This document shows, one piece after another, positions 40,701-49,893 of a DNA stretch of 64,000 nucleotides. The notes under the pieces were generated by a model. It was given only the letters and a program-made list of their open reading frames with translations. It was not told where the DNA came from and searched no databases. A program made the position numbers and the translations under genes. The DNA is taken from positions 96,001 through 160,000 of the forward strand of contig CBDCNP010000002.1 in assembly GCA_965219415.1 (NCBI GenBank). The letters run 5' to 3'. Every line of letters starts with the position of its first letter. Within the stretch, counting starts at the first letter, position 1. Source of the DNA: Candidatus Marinacidobacterales bacterium. GTDB taxonomy: Bacteria; Acidobacteriota; Vicinamibacteria; Marinacidobacterales; DATDRI01.

Positions 40701-41373
40701 GTAGAGACGTATCGGGCTCGTCGACTAACGGGAACGCCACGTAGACCGAAGGGTCGTCGACCGGCTTGTATCCCAACCCGACTTCGGCCGAGGAAAGTGC
40801 AGTGCCTCCCTGCGCCCACCACCAGACGACCTTGTGTCCTCGATAGAGCAGACCTTTCTTGAAGAGCTCCGAAAGCGCCCACCACACACTTTCGACATAC
40901 GTCCGCTGGTAGGTGACGTAGGCGTCGGGAAGATCGACCCAAAAGCCGATCCTCTCGGTCATCCTTTCCCAGTTTTGCGTGTAGCGGAACACCGACTCGA
41001 TGCAGCGAGAAATGAACGCTTCGACTCCGTACTTTTCGATGGCGGCCTTGCCGTGGATGCCGAGCTCTTTCTCTACTTCCACCTCGACCGGCAAGCCGTG
41101 GGTATCCCAACCCCCCTTCCGCGGCACCAAGAACCCCCGCATGGTGCGATAACGCAGAAAGACGTCCTTAGAAACCCGCGTCAACACGTGCCCGTTATGG
41201 GGCACGCCGTTTGCGGTAGGGGGTCCCTCGTAAAAGACAAAGGGTTTTGCGCCCCGGCGCAGCTTGAGACTCTTCTTGAAGATGTCGTTCTTGCGCCAGA
41301 ATTCCCCGATCTTTCCCTCGACTTCGGGGAAATTTACGATGGGATCGGCTTTTTCGAACTTCGGCTTCGACAT
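37720..41373 (-). CDS. ileS: Isoleucine--tRNA ligase (type 2, eukaryote-like)
   Basis: EGPPTANGVPHNGH, GWDTHGLPVE, WTTTPWTLPSN, SRERYWGTP, EAIDQTRGWFY, KESKS, KVRQPL; no C-terminal zinc finger. Confidence 0.97.
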   Translation of the reverse strand: MSKPKFEKADPIVNFPEVEGKIGEFWRKNDIFKKSLKLRRGAKPFVFYEGPPTANGVPHNGHVLTRVSKDVFLRYRTMRGFLVPRKGGWDTHGLPVEVEVEKELGIHGKAAIEKYGVEAFISRCIESVFRYTQNWERMTERIGFWVDLPDAYVTYQRTYVESVWWALSELFKKGLLYRGHKVVWWWAQGGTALSSAEVGLGYKPVDDPSVYVAFPLVDEPDTSLLVWTTTPWTLPSNMYAAVKPEVDYVVVRHGDRKLVVAAALRETVAGKFGGELPVERELKGNELIGQRYRPPFDDYYRHHGDKEIELKDGGTAPMFWKVLAADFVELDQGTGLVHEAPAFGEVDHELHCATIATYKDPDAAPLLCAIRPDGTFNEEIPSLEGKWVKDADSEIVRFLKERGILLHRENYRHDYPFCWRADEDPLIQYARPAWFIRTTARIDDAIRNNRTVAWLPEHIKEGRFGDFLANNVDWTLSRERYWGTPLNIWINDQTGKMAAPSSVAEILEKNPSAFEAFEKARAKDPTLSEHLIVHKPWIDHVTWTEAGEDGVYRRVPEVIDGWFDSGSMPFAQWGFPHQGREEFERSFPADFITEAIDQTRGWFYSLLMISTLVFDKGVMSRLKLVPEPYPHPYRTCIVLGHVTDPTGKKESKSKGNYTPPDVILDRVAMEFGVLGEDQVDAKPKEGTVLVAREDLQGLDLSPGAAITVYPVGKEGEAREFLIDAAKRLPRRLVLLSGTDRAALGVKPTERGAKVLPSEVMRLAENERLVLADTKTPAPGADAFRWFFLGANPPWNPTRHSLTNVRSLQRELPLKLRNVYSFFTIYAAPDEFDPLTMKGRPIGERALLDRWILSELALLTEEVIDRMDNYRAYEAAKELSNFVDGLSNWYLRRSRQRFWRSEMDDDKIDAYATLYEVLGTVTRLAAPFVPFMTEEMYQNLVKRPGGAAVRESVHMEDYPEADTSRIDRSLSEEMATVRDIVSLGLRVRTNHKLKVRQPLARAEIILSHPDVEERIAKYRELIAAAMNVVEIDFVPGAEEHIRYGIKPNFRRLGRKLGKNMPVLKKALAQADGAALRKSLLDKGSVDVKVAGDTLSLELEDVEVVVKAREGYAAAGDQTSVVVLSTELTPELIEEGIYRELLNRIQTFRKELELEYTQRIRLAIRGSDRLNEIIEKRREHLMGETLCVELVNDGASFPDADKREVEIEGQEATLSLART

Positions 41374-41396
41374 GGCGTTCTAACGGATAAATGACC

Positions 41397-41759
41397 TCAA
41401 TAACTCATGGAGCGATCGTGCTCCGCTATCAAGTCGGCGTATCGCTTCGGATCCATCCAGCTCGCGTTACCACCTTCCAAGTCGTCCTCGGAGACCCCCC
41501 GGGCCCGGCCGCAGAGCCCTCAGACATAGACCGGAACCTTGTGGTCGACTGCGAACTGAAACAGCTCCTTCAGAGGCGGGAGCCCCACCGGAAGAATGCT
41601 CTGGCGGATTGGCTCCTTCATAAGGAGTGATCCATCGCCGACGAGGGCCACGCTAACGTCGTGCCCCCCTTCGACGGCGCCCTTGGCGAGCATGAACGCA
41701 AGCCCCGCTCGAGTAGGATCTTCCGCGCCATGTGTAGCGGTAATGAGAATCTTCGCCAT
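41397..41759 (-). CDS. Selenoprotein: DsrE/DsrF-family protein, Sec80
   Basis: Reading through TGA 41520-41522 gives VPVYV-U-GLCGRARGVSEDDL...DRSMSY, a full 120-aa DsrE fold; GGAGG RBS. Confidence 0.85.
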
Positions 41760-41777
41760 GTTCAACCTCCCTTAAGG

Positions 41778-42987
41778 TCAATCATTATAGGGCACGCGTT
41801 CTCCCGAAGCCCGTAAATTACGAAAAGCCATGTAGAGCAATAGGTCATAACCTATCTTGATTCCGGCTCCGATGAAAAGAGGCGTGGAAAGAGAGCGACC
41901 CGCCATGAGTGCTCCCGCGATAACGGGAGACGCAGCCCAACCCAGGTTGCGCGTCAGATTGGTAACACCCGAGGCGAGTGTGCGAGCCTCCGGCTCGACG
42001 ATCGACACCACGTACGACTGGCGCGTCGGTACGTCCATCCGTGAGAGTCCTTCCCGCATCAGGAAGAGGGCCGCCGCGACCGTGAAGTTTGGGGCAAAGG
42101 GCACCATCATCAGAAGTAGGCTCGAGGGAATATGGGTGAAGACCATCGTGTTGACCAGACCAATTCGCACCGCAAGCCAAGCGGCGCCCAGATGCGAAGT
42201 CGCGTTGGCGATGCGCGCCAGAAAAAATAGAATCGCCAGCTCGCCCTCCTGAACCCCGAAACGCTGGAAAAACCAGTAGGAAAGCAAGAGTCGTCGTCAA
42301 AAAACCGCCTCCTACGCTATCCAAGGCGAAAAGGCCCGACAGGCGAAAGAGGACTCTCCGGGTTTTGGGAGAAACCGGCGGGCGCTCGGAAGCGCCAGGC
42401 ACTTCGATGCGCGATGAAAGGAGCGAACTGGAAATGATGCCGGTCCCGAAAAGGGCGGCGCAGGCACCGAGCGAGATCTGATAAGAAGACTCGACTGGAA
42501 CGCCGCCCATCGTCCGTAGCAAGTAGGGCAGCCCGGCCATGAGACTCCCGAGGGCGTGTCCCAAATCCTGAACTATGTTGTACCAGGCAAACGTCCGGGT
42601 GCGGTTCCCTTCGCCAACAATGGATGGCATCGCTGCCTGCTCCAAGACTAAGGCGGCTCCGCGGTCTCGCCCCATACCGTTGAACATCCCGAAGAAGGCC
42701 GCCAGGCTCATCCATGTCAAGTCCTTGGCAAAAATGGCCAGAAGGGCTCCCAAGGAGGAAAGGGTCGAAAAAAGGACGAGGCTGCGCCTTCGTCCCCAGG
42801 TATCGCCAACGCGAGCCGTCAGCGCGGTCCCCAACCCCATGCCGACGAATCCGACGGAGGAGAGCACGATTCCGATGCCAGCGGCGCTCACGCCCCGTAG
42901 AGGAAGGACGAGAGCGTGCAGGACGCTCAACATTCCCGTGCCGGCAGCACGGAAGAACGCCGAGGCCAGGATTAGGTCGCGGTCCAC
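41778..42987 (-). pseudogene. MFS transporter with one frameshift near 42288
   Basis: GDTWGRRRSL; FALDSVGGGFLT | LLSYWFFQRFG; GLVNTMVFTHIPS; MDVPTRQSY. Confidence 0.85.
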
Positions 42988-43056
42988 ATAAAGACACGTC
43001 CTCGACGAGTAAAGTATGCGAACATCGAACTCGGTCCGGACGGTTCAGGGGAGAAT

Positions 43057-45055
43057 TTACCTCCCTTCCGCCCTGCTTCGGCTTGTCGCGGGTGGAGCGT
43101 CGAGCGCTGGGTTGCGATCGAAGAAATTATAAGGCCGCAGCGTCACCTGGTGCCATCCCAGGCTGTAGACCGGCCAGTCCTCGGCCGACGGGACATGGTG
43201 AAAGCCGAGCGTGTACCAAAGCACGATGTCTTGGTTCTCGACGTCCCGTCCATGAGCGGTCCAACGCGGGCAGACCTTGTCCTGCTTTGGATTGGTTCGG
43301 GTACTTGCCTGCGGCGAAGCGTTCCTCCGCATCATACGGTGTGACCCACAAGTGGTAGTTCGCGAAAAGAGCGCGGGCTAGCGGGGTACCGTTCTCCGAC
43401 ACCAGCGGCAGCGCATTTCCCGAGGACTCGATCGCATAGCTCACCGGATAGCCCACCCCGTTCCGCTGGTTCGCGTTCACTACGCGCCAAAGCGCCGGCC
43501 GTTCGTAGCTCAAGCGGTACTTTGCTTCCGAGTCCTTCTTGGAGGTCTTCGATCGAACCCGCCAAATGCCTCGGCGGGGACTCTTTTCGCCGAGTTGCTC
43601 GACCACAAGGGTGTCGCGGACGAAACTGTTCTCAGTTCCGTCCACGTCGAGATCGAGCCGGATCGAGAAGAAGTGATCATGATTGATGCCGACGCGGCCG
43701 GGCGCGATCAGAGGCCCCCATGCGGTGTCGTCCGCAGCGCTGGAGTCAGAGACGTTCATCGCCGCCACGCCTTTGATCGAGTCGACTCCGCTAGCGCCTC
43801 CGCGGAAAGTGAGGTTGCCCTTCTGATCGAAAAGCCAATCGAACACGTAGTCGTAGTTGCCGACCGTTGCGATGTAGCGAACCACGAGCCCCAGAGCGGG
43901 ACGGCTCTCCGCCTTTGCCGTCACGAAGTCCGTGTGACGCCACAGTGGATCGCCGGTCGGCCGCTCGAAAATACAAATCCGGTTCTCGAGAGTATCGGCG
44001 CCTCCCGCAGCATTCGCCATCACCGGGGAGAGAAGAGTGGCGCTCTCTGGGCAGTCGGATCCAGGCAAGAGCCTTGTTCCCATCGTGCCGAGACCGTACT
44101 CCCCCTCGTCCATGTAGTTCCGGTAGTACCATCCTATCGTTGGATCCTGATAGGGCACGAAGATCTCTGCCAGCGTGCCCTGGTAGAGCACGGAGCGACG
44201 GTCTCCGTCGTCGTTCCAAGACACGAGGGAGAGCACAATACCCATCCGTAGATCCCAACGAATGTGAAACGACCAGTTTTGCCATTCCACCGTCGAGCCA
44301 TTCGACGGTGAAGTTGCTACCCTGTGGTGCCGAGAAATACATAGGCTTAACTTCGCGCATGTTTCCGATGGAGTCTGGATCGAGGCCGGGTCTTCCCGGA
44401 GGTATCGGCACCACACCGGTGTCGGTTACCTCGATGACTTCTTTCGTATCGAGGTCGACGGTGGCGAAAAGGCCTTCGATGGGCGTGCTCGCATCCGTTG
44501 TCAGCCCTCCCGTATCGAAACAGTCGACCTTGACAATTCGCTCTGGTTTGCTCAGCCTCGCGCCCGAAGTTTCCAACCGTTCGAGGGAAACAGCAAAGCT
44601 GCTCGAAGTCGGCAATGCCGCGCTTCCGAAGACCCTCCTGCATACGGGAGTCTCCGAGTGCCGCTTCGATACCCGCAATAAGATCCGGCAACACGAGAAT
44701 GGGGACTGCGCCAGGAAACCTCACGAAAAGACGCCACTTCGCGACGGCCTAGATCCACCACAGCCTCGTAGGTCTTTGAACCTTTCCGAAGAACCACGTT
44801 CGCCGCCCGCGGAATAGGCATCCCCTTCCGCCAAGCAAGCACCGTTTCCTTCCGCGGTTCACGTAGGGTGATCGAACTAAAAAGCGTTGCCTTGTCCGCA
44901 TGGCCTGCGCCCCGTAGTAACGCCACCGCGGCGACGATCTCGGAGGCGTCGAGCGCATCCATTGGGTGTGGGGCAGATGCTCCGGCGGTGTGAGTCGCGA
45001 ATAGACACGAGATCACCGTAGTAAAGAGAAACGCCCACGGCAGTGGTCTCTGCAT
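43057..45055 (-). pseudogene. Copper-containing primary amine oxidase (TynA-like); about 4 frameshifts
   Basis: HPMDAL N-terminus, TPQ motif TVGNYDY, Cu ligands HDH and GFHHVP, EDWPV, LRPYNFFDRNPALD in successive frames. Confidence 0.9.
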
Positions 45056-45277
45056 TTCAAACCTCCGTTTCGGGAAAAATGGCGACGCCTAGTTGAACAC
45101 GGATCCGCGGTTCGGGCAACGAAGCTATCAGGTTTTGGCTCGCCTTGGTCGTCCATGTGATAACATTCCCGCTCAGTGTCGAAAACGGCGCGGCGGGCTG
45201 TTAAGATATTACTTTGAGGAGGCCGTATGATTTTTGTTGACCACACGGGAACGCGAGCCCAGAGCAAAAGCTAGCTG

Positions 45278-46327
45278 ATGTCGGGGACTGCATTGCTCCA
45301 AGAGGCCCAAGCGTCAACCGAAGGTAAGGAGGGGACCGTCGGCGACGCGTTTCGGGAGCTCCGAAACGATCTACGCCAACGCAAGTGTTTCGAGCGCACG
45401 CCTGCCGTGTACTTTGTCCTGACGGTCCTGTCGGTCGTCACCTTTGTCGCCGCGTATTTCTTGTCACTTGCGTCGACCAGTCTCGTCACACTGATCGCCT
45501 CCGTCGCGCTGGCCAGCGTGTGCGGCGTCCAGCTGGCGTATATCGCTCATGACGCCGGCCATGGCCATATCTCCCGACACGGCTTCGTCAATAAACTCGT
45601 GGGGCACCTTGCTCTCACGATTACATCCGGTTACGCATTCTCCAGCTGGACTCGCTCTCATGACCAGCATCACAGACGCCCGAACGTCGTGGCCCTCGAT
45701 CCCGATGTCGACACCAAGTGGGTGGTCCTCCATGACTGGGCTCGCCCGAGGACGCGGTTGCAGAAACTGACGACGCGCCTGCAACATTGGATACTCGTTC
45801 CTTACTACACGGTGCATCTGTTCGAGCTCCGGCTCCGCGGGTTGAAGGACGTTCTGGCATTGCGGCTTCGTGCGGACGCGCTGGGACTGGCACTGCACGT
45901 CGTTGGATTTTTTGTTTTGCCTGCACTCGCGTTTCCTCTGCATAGAGTTCTGGGCTGCTACGTCGCCCTATCGGCTGGTAGCGGACTCTACTACGGTCTC
46001 ATTTTCGCCGTGAACCACATCGGAGCGACGTACCTCCGAACGCACGAGGAAGTTGACTTCGTACGGCTGCAGGTGCTGAGCAGTCGTAACATTCTGACGG
46101 GTCGATTTGGCGACTTCGCGATGGGCGGCCTCAATTGGCAAATCGAGCACCATTTGTTGCCCCGCCTTCCACGCTTTCGGTTACGTCGCGCCAGCGAGTC
46201 GATACGGGAATTCTGCGCCCGCCAATCGCTGCACTACGAGGCGGTCCGCTTCTCCAAGGGGCTGGTCGCGGTGTTTCGGCATCTCCAGAAACTCTCGAGC
46301 GGCGGGGAACTCGCAGACGACACGTAG
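45278..46327 (+). CDS. Membrane fatty acid desaturase
   Basis: His boxes HDAGH, HDQHH, QIEHH (front-end type). Confidence 0.9.
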   Translation: MSGTALLQEAQASTEGKEGTVGDAFRELRNDLRQRKCFERTPAVYFVLTVLSVVTFVAAYFLSLASTSLVTLIASVALASVCGVQLAYIAHDAGHGHISRHGFVNKLVGHLALTITSGYAFSSWTRSHDQHHRRPNVVALDPDVDTKWVVLHDWARPRTRLQKLTTRLQHWILVPYYTVHLFELRLRGLKDVLALRLRADALGLALHVVGFFVLPALAFPLHRVLGCYVALSAGSGLYYGLIFAVNHIGATYLRTHEEVDFVRLQVLSSRNILTGRFGDFAMGGLNWQIEHHLLPRLPRFRLRRASESIREFCARQSLHYEAVRFSKGLVAVFRHLQKLSSGGELADDT

Positions 46328-46365
46328 GCTCGGCCGCACGACCTGAAAAGTCAACGAATAGACCA

Positions 46366-46410
46366 GGATTATGCACTTGACACAAATAAACCATGTCAAG
46401 TGCATAATCC
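46366..46410. repeat. Perfect 17-bp inverted repeat with 11-bp spacer
   Basis: GGATTATGCACTTGACA-caaataaacca-TGTCAAGTGCATAATCC. Confidence 0.9.
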
Positions 46411-46635
46411 CGAATATAACAACCCACTTTGTTTGGCCTTGAGACGACTTAGAATCGGGAGGAACGTGCTTCGATGAAGTTTTTGTCTCGAAGCTTCTGG
46501 GCGTTGACTAGAGCGTCAACGTCAGTTCGAGAGATGGCACTGCGAAAGCATCAGAGAAGCTAGCAAAACTTGTTGTGGGATCTTGTCAAGAGAAAATCCG
46601 ACTTTTTTTCTTGGAGGGACATTGGGGGACATCGT

Positions 46636-46695
46636 TCAGTTGGTGGGAACGAGCCGGTTCAGCTCTTCGAACCAGTTGAGGACGATGTTCAGTCG
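46636..46695 (-). pseudogene. C-terminal remnant of a Ser/Thr kinase-PD40 protein
   Basis: Reads RLNIVLNWFEELNRLVPTN*, a C-terminal signature I recognise from that family; no upstream gene body. Confidence 0.6.
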
Positions 46696-46720
46696 CGCCG
46701 GGCGTACCGCGTTAAAGGGT

Positions 46721-46796
46721 TGGCGTCCCCAGGGGGAGTCGAACCCCCGTTTTCGCCGTGAAAGGGCGACGTCCTGGGCCACTAGACGATGGGGAC
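46721..46796 (-). tRNA. tRNA-Glu (TTC)
   Basis: GTCCCCATCGTCTAGTGGCCCAGGAC...CTTTCAC...GGTTCGACTCCCCCTGGGGACGCCA, 76 nt with CCA. Confidence 0.97.
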
Positions 46797-46810
46797 TAAA
46801 AGGGGCCAAA

Positions 46811-46886
46811 TGGTGAGCCGTGCCGGGCTCGAACCGGCGACCCTCTGCTTAAAAGGCAGACGCTCTGCCAACTGAGCTAACGGCCC
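46811..46886 (-). tRNA. tRNA-Lys (TTT)
   Basis: GGGCCGTTAGCTCAGTTGGCAGAGC...CTTTTAA...GGTTCGAGCCCGGCACGGCTCACCA, 76 nt. Confidence 0.97.
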
Positions 46887-46943
46887 GGGTCATTCTAGGC
46901 CGTCTGCGGGAGCCGGTCAATATTTTGAGCGTTTTGAAGTGCT

Positions 46944-48287
46944 TCAGGCAGCGCCGTCAGGGACCGGATGGCCGGCTCCGAACCATCCCTCGACGAGCGG
47001 TTTTCCGTTTTCCATGTGCAAAATGGTCGCGTTACGGTCCGGTCCGGTCGAGATCGCACCGATAGGGACTCTGCTCAGCTCCTCGAGGCTGTCGAGGTAC
47101 CGACGGGCGTTGGCTGGAAGGTCTCGGAGCCTCGTAACACCCGCGGTGGGTTCCGACCATCCCGGCATGGTCCGGTATTCGGGCTCACACTCCTCGAGCA
47201 TCGAAAGCTCGCCCGGGAACTCCTCGACCGGCTCACCGCGGTAGCGATATCGGGTACAGATCTTTATCTCCTCGAGTCCGTCCAGAACATCGAGCTTCGT
47301 GATCGCCAGAGCATCGAGGCCGTTCACGCGGTTCGCATATCGCACCACCACGCTGTCGAACCAACCGCAGCGGCGCGGCCTTCCGGTCGAGGCACCAAAC
47401 TCTTCGCCCTTCTCCCTAATGTCCTCTCCGAGCTGACCCAACATCTCGGTGGGCAACGGTCCCGCGCCGACGCGAGTGATGTAGGCCTTGGTGATACCCA
47501 GAACGTGATCAATAGCCGTCGGACCGATACCACTCCCCGTACAAGCGCCGCCCGCCGTCGCATTCGAAGAAGTCACGAAGGGATAGGTCCCGTGATCGAT
47601 ATCGAGCAAAGTCGCCTGCGCCCCTTCGAACATAACCGACTGTCCTTCTTGAACGGCTCGGTGGATCAGGCGAGAGGTGTCGGTTACATGCGGGAGCGCC
47701 GTTTCTGCAAAACGTGTCAACGTCGGGAGAATCGATTCCGCGTCCAGATCCGGCTCGTCACCTTGTGCGGCGATCCAAGCGTTGTTCTCCTTGATTAGAT
47801 GTTCCAGCTTTTCGCGGAACGCCTCCGGGTGTCTCAGATCGCCAACTCGCAGTCCGCGCCGCGCGACCTTGTCTTCATACGCGGGTCCGATGCCCCGACA
47901 AGTCGTACCGATACGTTTGTCACCGAGCTTCTTCTCAGACACCGCTTCCAATCTGCGGTGATAGGGCAAGATCAGATGGGCCCGATCGGAAACAAAGAGA
48001 TTGTCGCCGACCTCGACGCCCAGCTCCCGAAGCGTCTTCACCTCTTCCAAAAAGGCTTCGGGGTCGACGACGCAGCCGTTTCCAATCACACACTTCACAC
48101 CCGGGTGCAGGACACCGGAAGGCAGCAGGTGCAAGATGAACTGCGTCTTGCCGACGACCACCGTATGGCCGGCGTTATGCCCTCCCCCGAAGCGGACCAC
48201 CATCTCGACCCGCTCGGAAAGAAGATCGACGTATTTTCCCTTGCCTTCGTCACCCCACTGGGTCCCGACGACGACGATATTCGGCAT
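46944..48287 (-). CDS. purA: Adenylosuccinate synthetase
   Basis: QWGDEGKGK, GHNAGHT, GIGPAYEDK, GTYPFVTSS, TGRPRRCGW. Confidence 0.97.
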   Translation of the reverse strand: MPNIVVVGTQWGDEGKGKYVDLLSERVEMVVRFGGGHNAGHTVVVGKTQFILHLLPSGVLHPGVKCVIGNGCVVDPEAFLEEVKTLRELGVEVGDNLFVSDRAHLILPYHRRLEAVSEKKLGDKRIGTTCRGIGPAYEDKVARRGLRVGDLRHPEAFREKLEHLIKENNAWIAAQGDEPDLDAESILPTLTRFAETALPHVTDTSRLIHRAVQEGQSVMFEGAQATLLDIDHGTYPFVTSSNATAGGACTGSGIGPTAIDHVLGITKAYITRVGAGPLPTEMLGQLGEDIREKGEEFGASTGRPRRCGWFDSVVVRYANRVNGLDALAITKLDVLDGLEEIKICTRYRYRGEPVEEFPGELSMLEECEPEYRTMPGWSEPTAGVTRLRDLPANARRYLDSLEELSRVPIGAISTGPDRNATILHMENGKPLVEGWFGAGHPVPDGAA

Positions 48288-48326
48288 CTACGCGTTACCT
48301 TTATTTAGGAACCACAGCCACCAAGT

Positions 48327-49778
48327 CTAGCAAAAACCCATTTCCTTCTCGACTTCCTCCGATACCTCGTTGACCACCTCCCATAGACGCTCGACGTGCT
48401 CCTTCTTCGTGCGGAGATGAGTGATGCAAACTCGAAGCGAGAAGGAGCCTCCTAAACGGCAGTGTGACATCGCAAGCCCGTCTCGAGCGTTGACTCGCGC
48501 CATGATCTCCTCGTTCAATTCATCCAGGGCAGCCCCGGTCGCGGAACGCGCGGGCACTCGTCGAAAACAGACGACGCTGGTCATGACCGGAGCAAGAAGC
48601 TCGTAGCGCGGAGCGGACTCCACCCAGGTCGCAAGCTCCTTCGCCAACTGGAGATGTTCTTCGATCCGTTCTTGGATCGCATGGAGGCCGTAGAACTTGA
48701 GGGTCATCCATATTCTGAGCGCCCGCATGCGACGGGTCAGCTCGATCGTATGTTCCATTGGATTCGGCAACGCTCCCCGGCTCTCTGCCTCCGAAACTTT
48801 CAGGTACTCGGGCACGAGGGTGAAGAACTGTCTCATATGATCCCCGTCCCGAACCAAGAGGCAGCTGGTATCGATCGGCACGAAGAGCCACTTGTGAGGA
48901 TCGAGGGAGAGCGAATCGGCTCGCCCAAGACCTCTCCGCATCCAGGCTCCGGAGGGGGCAATGGCGGAAAGCGCGCCGTAGGCACCGTCCACGTGAAGCC
49001 AAACGCCTTCCTCTTCACATAGATCGGCGATCGTTTCCAAAGGATCGACCGCTCCACTACCAATCGTCCCCGCGTTAGCGATCACCGCCGCCGGTTCCCG
49101 CCCCTCCTCTCGATCCCAGGCGACGGCATCGGCCAACGCTTCGGGCTTCAAACGAAACTCGTCATCGGTCTTGATGGTATGGATGGCTTCTTTACCCAGA
49201 CCCAGGAAGCGAAGGGCACGATGGACGGAGCTGTGGACTTCGGGAGAAGCGTAGAAAACAACGTCTTTCTTCACTCCGGCTCGTTCTCGAGCCAACGCGA
49301 GAGCCATCAAGTTCGCTACCGAGCCACCACTTGTTAGAACGCCCTCCCCCACCGCTGGGTAACCAATCATCTCCTTGATCCAGTTGACGACTTGCCGCTC
49401 AACTGCGGCCCCCGAGGCCGCGGCGCGCCAAAGACTCACGTTTTGATTCAGCGTCGATGTAAGGGCATCGGCCATGATCCCCACGATGGTCGAGGAGTTG
49501 GGCACATAGGCGAAGTTCCCAGGATGCTGGAGGTGGGTGCCCAAGCCGACGACCTTGTCACGAAAACTCCCGAAGACATCCTCCGGAGACTCCCCCACGT
49601 CGGGAACCGGCTCTTCGAACGCGCGGGCGACCTCAGACGGAGACTCTGGTTGAAAAATCGGGACATCGGGCGGGCTCTCCAGGTAGTCCACGATCCAATC
49701 GACCGCCTCGTGCGCGAACGCTCTCAGGGTCTCCGAGTCGAGCTCCGGGCGAGAGGGAAACTCACTGTCCCTAGCCAT
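48327..49778 (-). CDS. Group II PLP-dependent amino-acid decarboxylase
   Basis: GVLTSGGSVANL, HSSV, WLHVDGAYG, DSLSLDPHKWLF. Confidence 0.9.
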   Translation of the reverse strand: MARDSEFPSRPELDSETLRAFAHEAVDWIVDYLESPPDVPIFQPESPSEVARAFEEPVPDVGESPEDVFGSFRDKVVGLGTHLQHPGNFAYVPNSSTIVGIMADALTSTLNQNVSLWRAAASGAAVERQVVNWIKEMIGYPAVGEGVLTSGGSVANLMALALARERAGVKKDVVFYASPEVHSSVHRALRFLGLGKEAIHTIKTDDEFRLKPEALADAVAWDREEGREPAAVIANAGTIGSGAVDPLETIADLCEEEGVWLHVDGAYGALSAIAPSGAWMRRGLGRADSLSLDPHKWLFVPIDTSCLLVRDGDHMRQFFTLVPEYLKVSEAESRGALPNPMEHTIELTRRMRALRIWMTLKFYGLHAIQERIEEHLQLAKELATWVESAPRYELLAPVMTSVVCFRRVPARSATGAALDELNEEIMARVNARDGLAMSHCRLGGSFSLRVCITHLRTKKEHVERLWEVVNEVSEEVEKEMGFC

Positions 49779-49893
49779 TCGTTTCACTCCTGTCGTACTA
49801 TGCGGGCCATGCGAGAAACCCCCCGGGTGGAAGCTTACTCTGGAACGGCCCGAAAGCGGTAGCTCTCGTGGAACTTATTGGAATCTAGTTATC

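Noticed and set aside
46944-48330. Long antisense ORFs over purA (also over valS, ileS and trxB)
   Set aside because: Expected in high-GC coding DNA; no RBS or motif support.
43057-49778. Decarboxylase plus amine oxidase as one amine pathway cluster
   Set aside because: Separated by purA, tRNAs and a likely rearrangement scar, and the oxidase is a pseudogene; no evidence of linkage.
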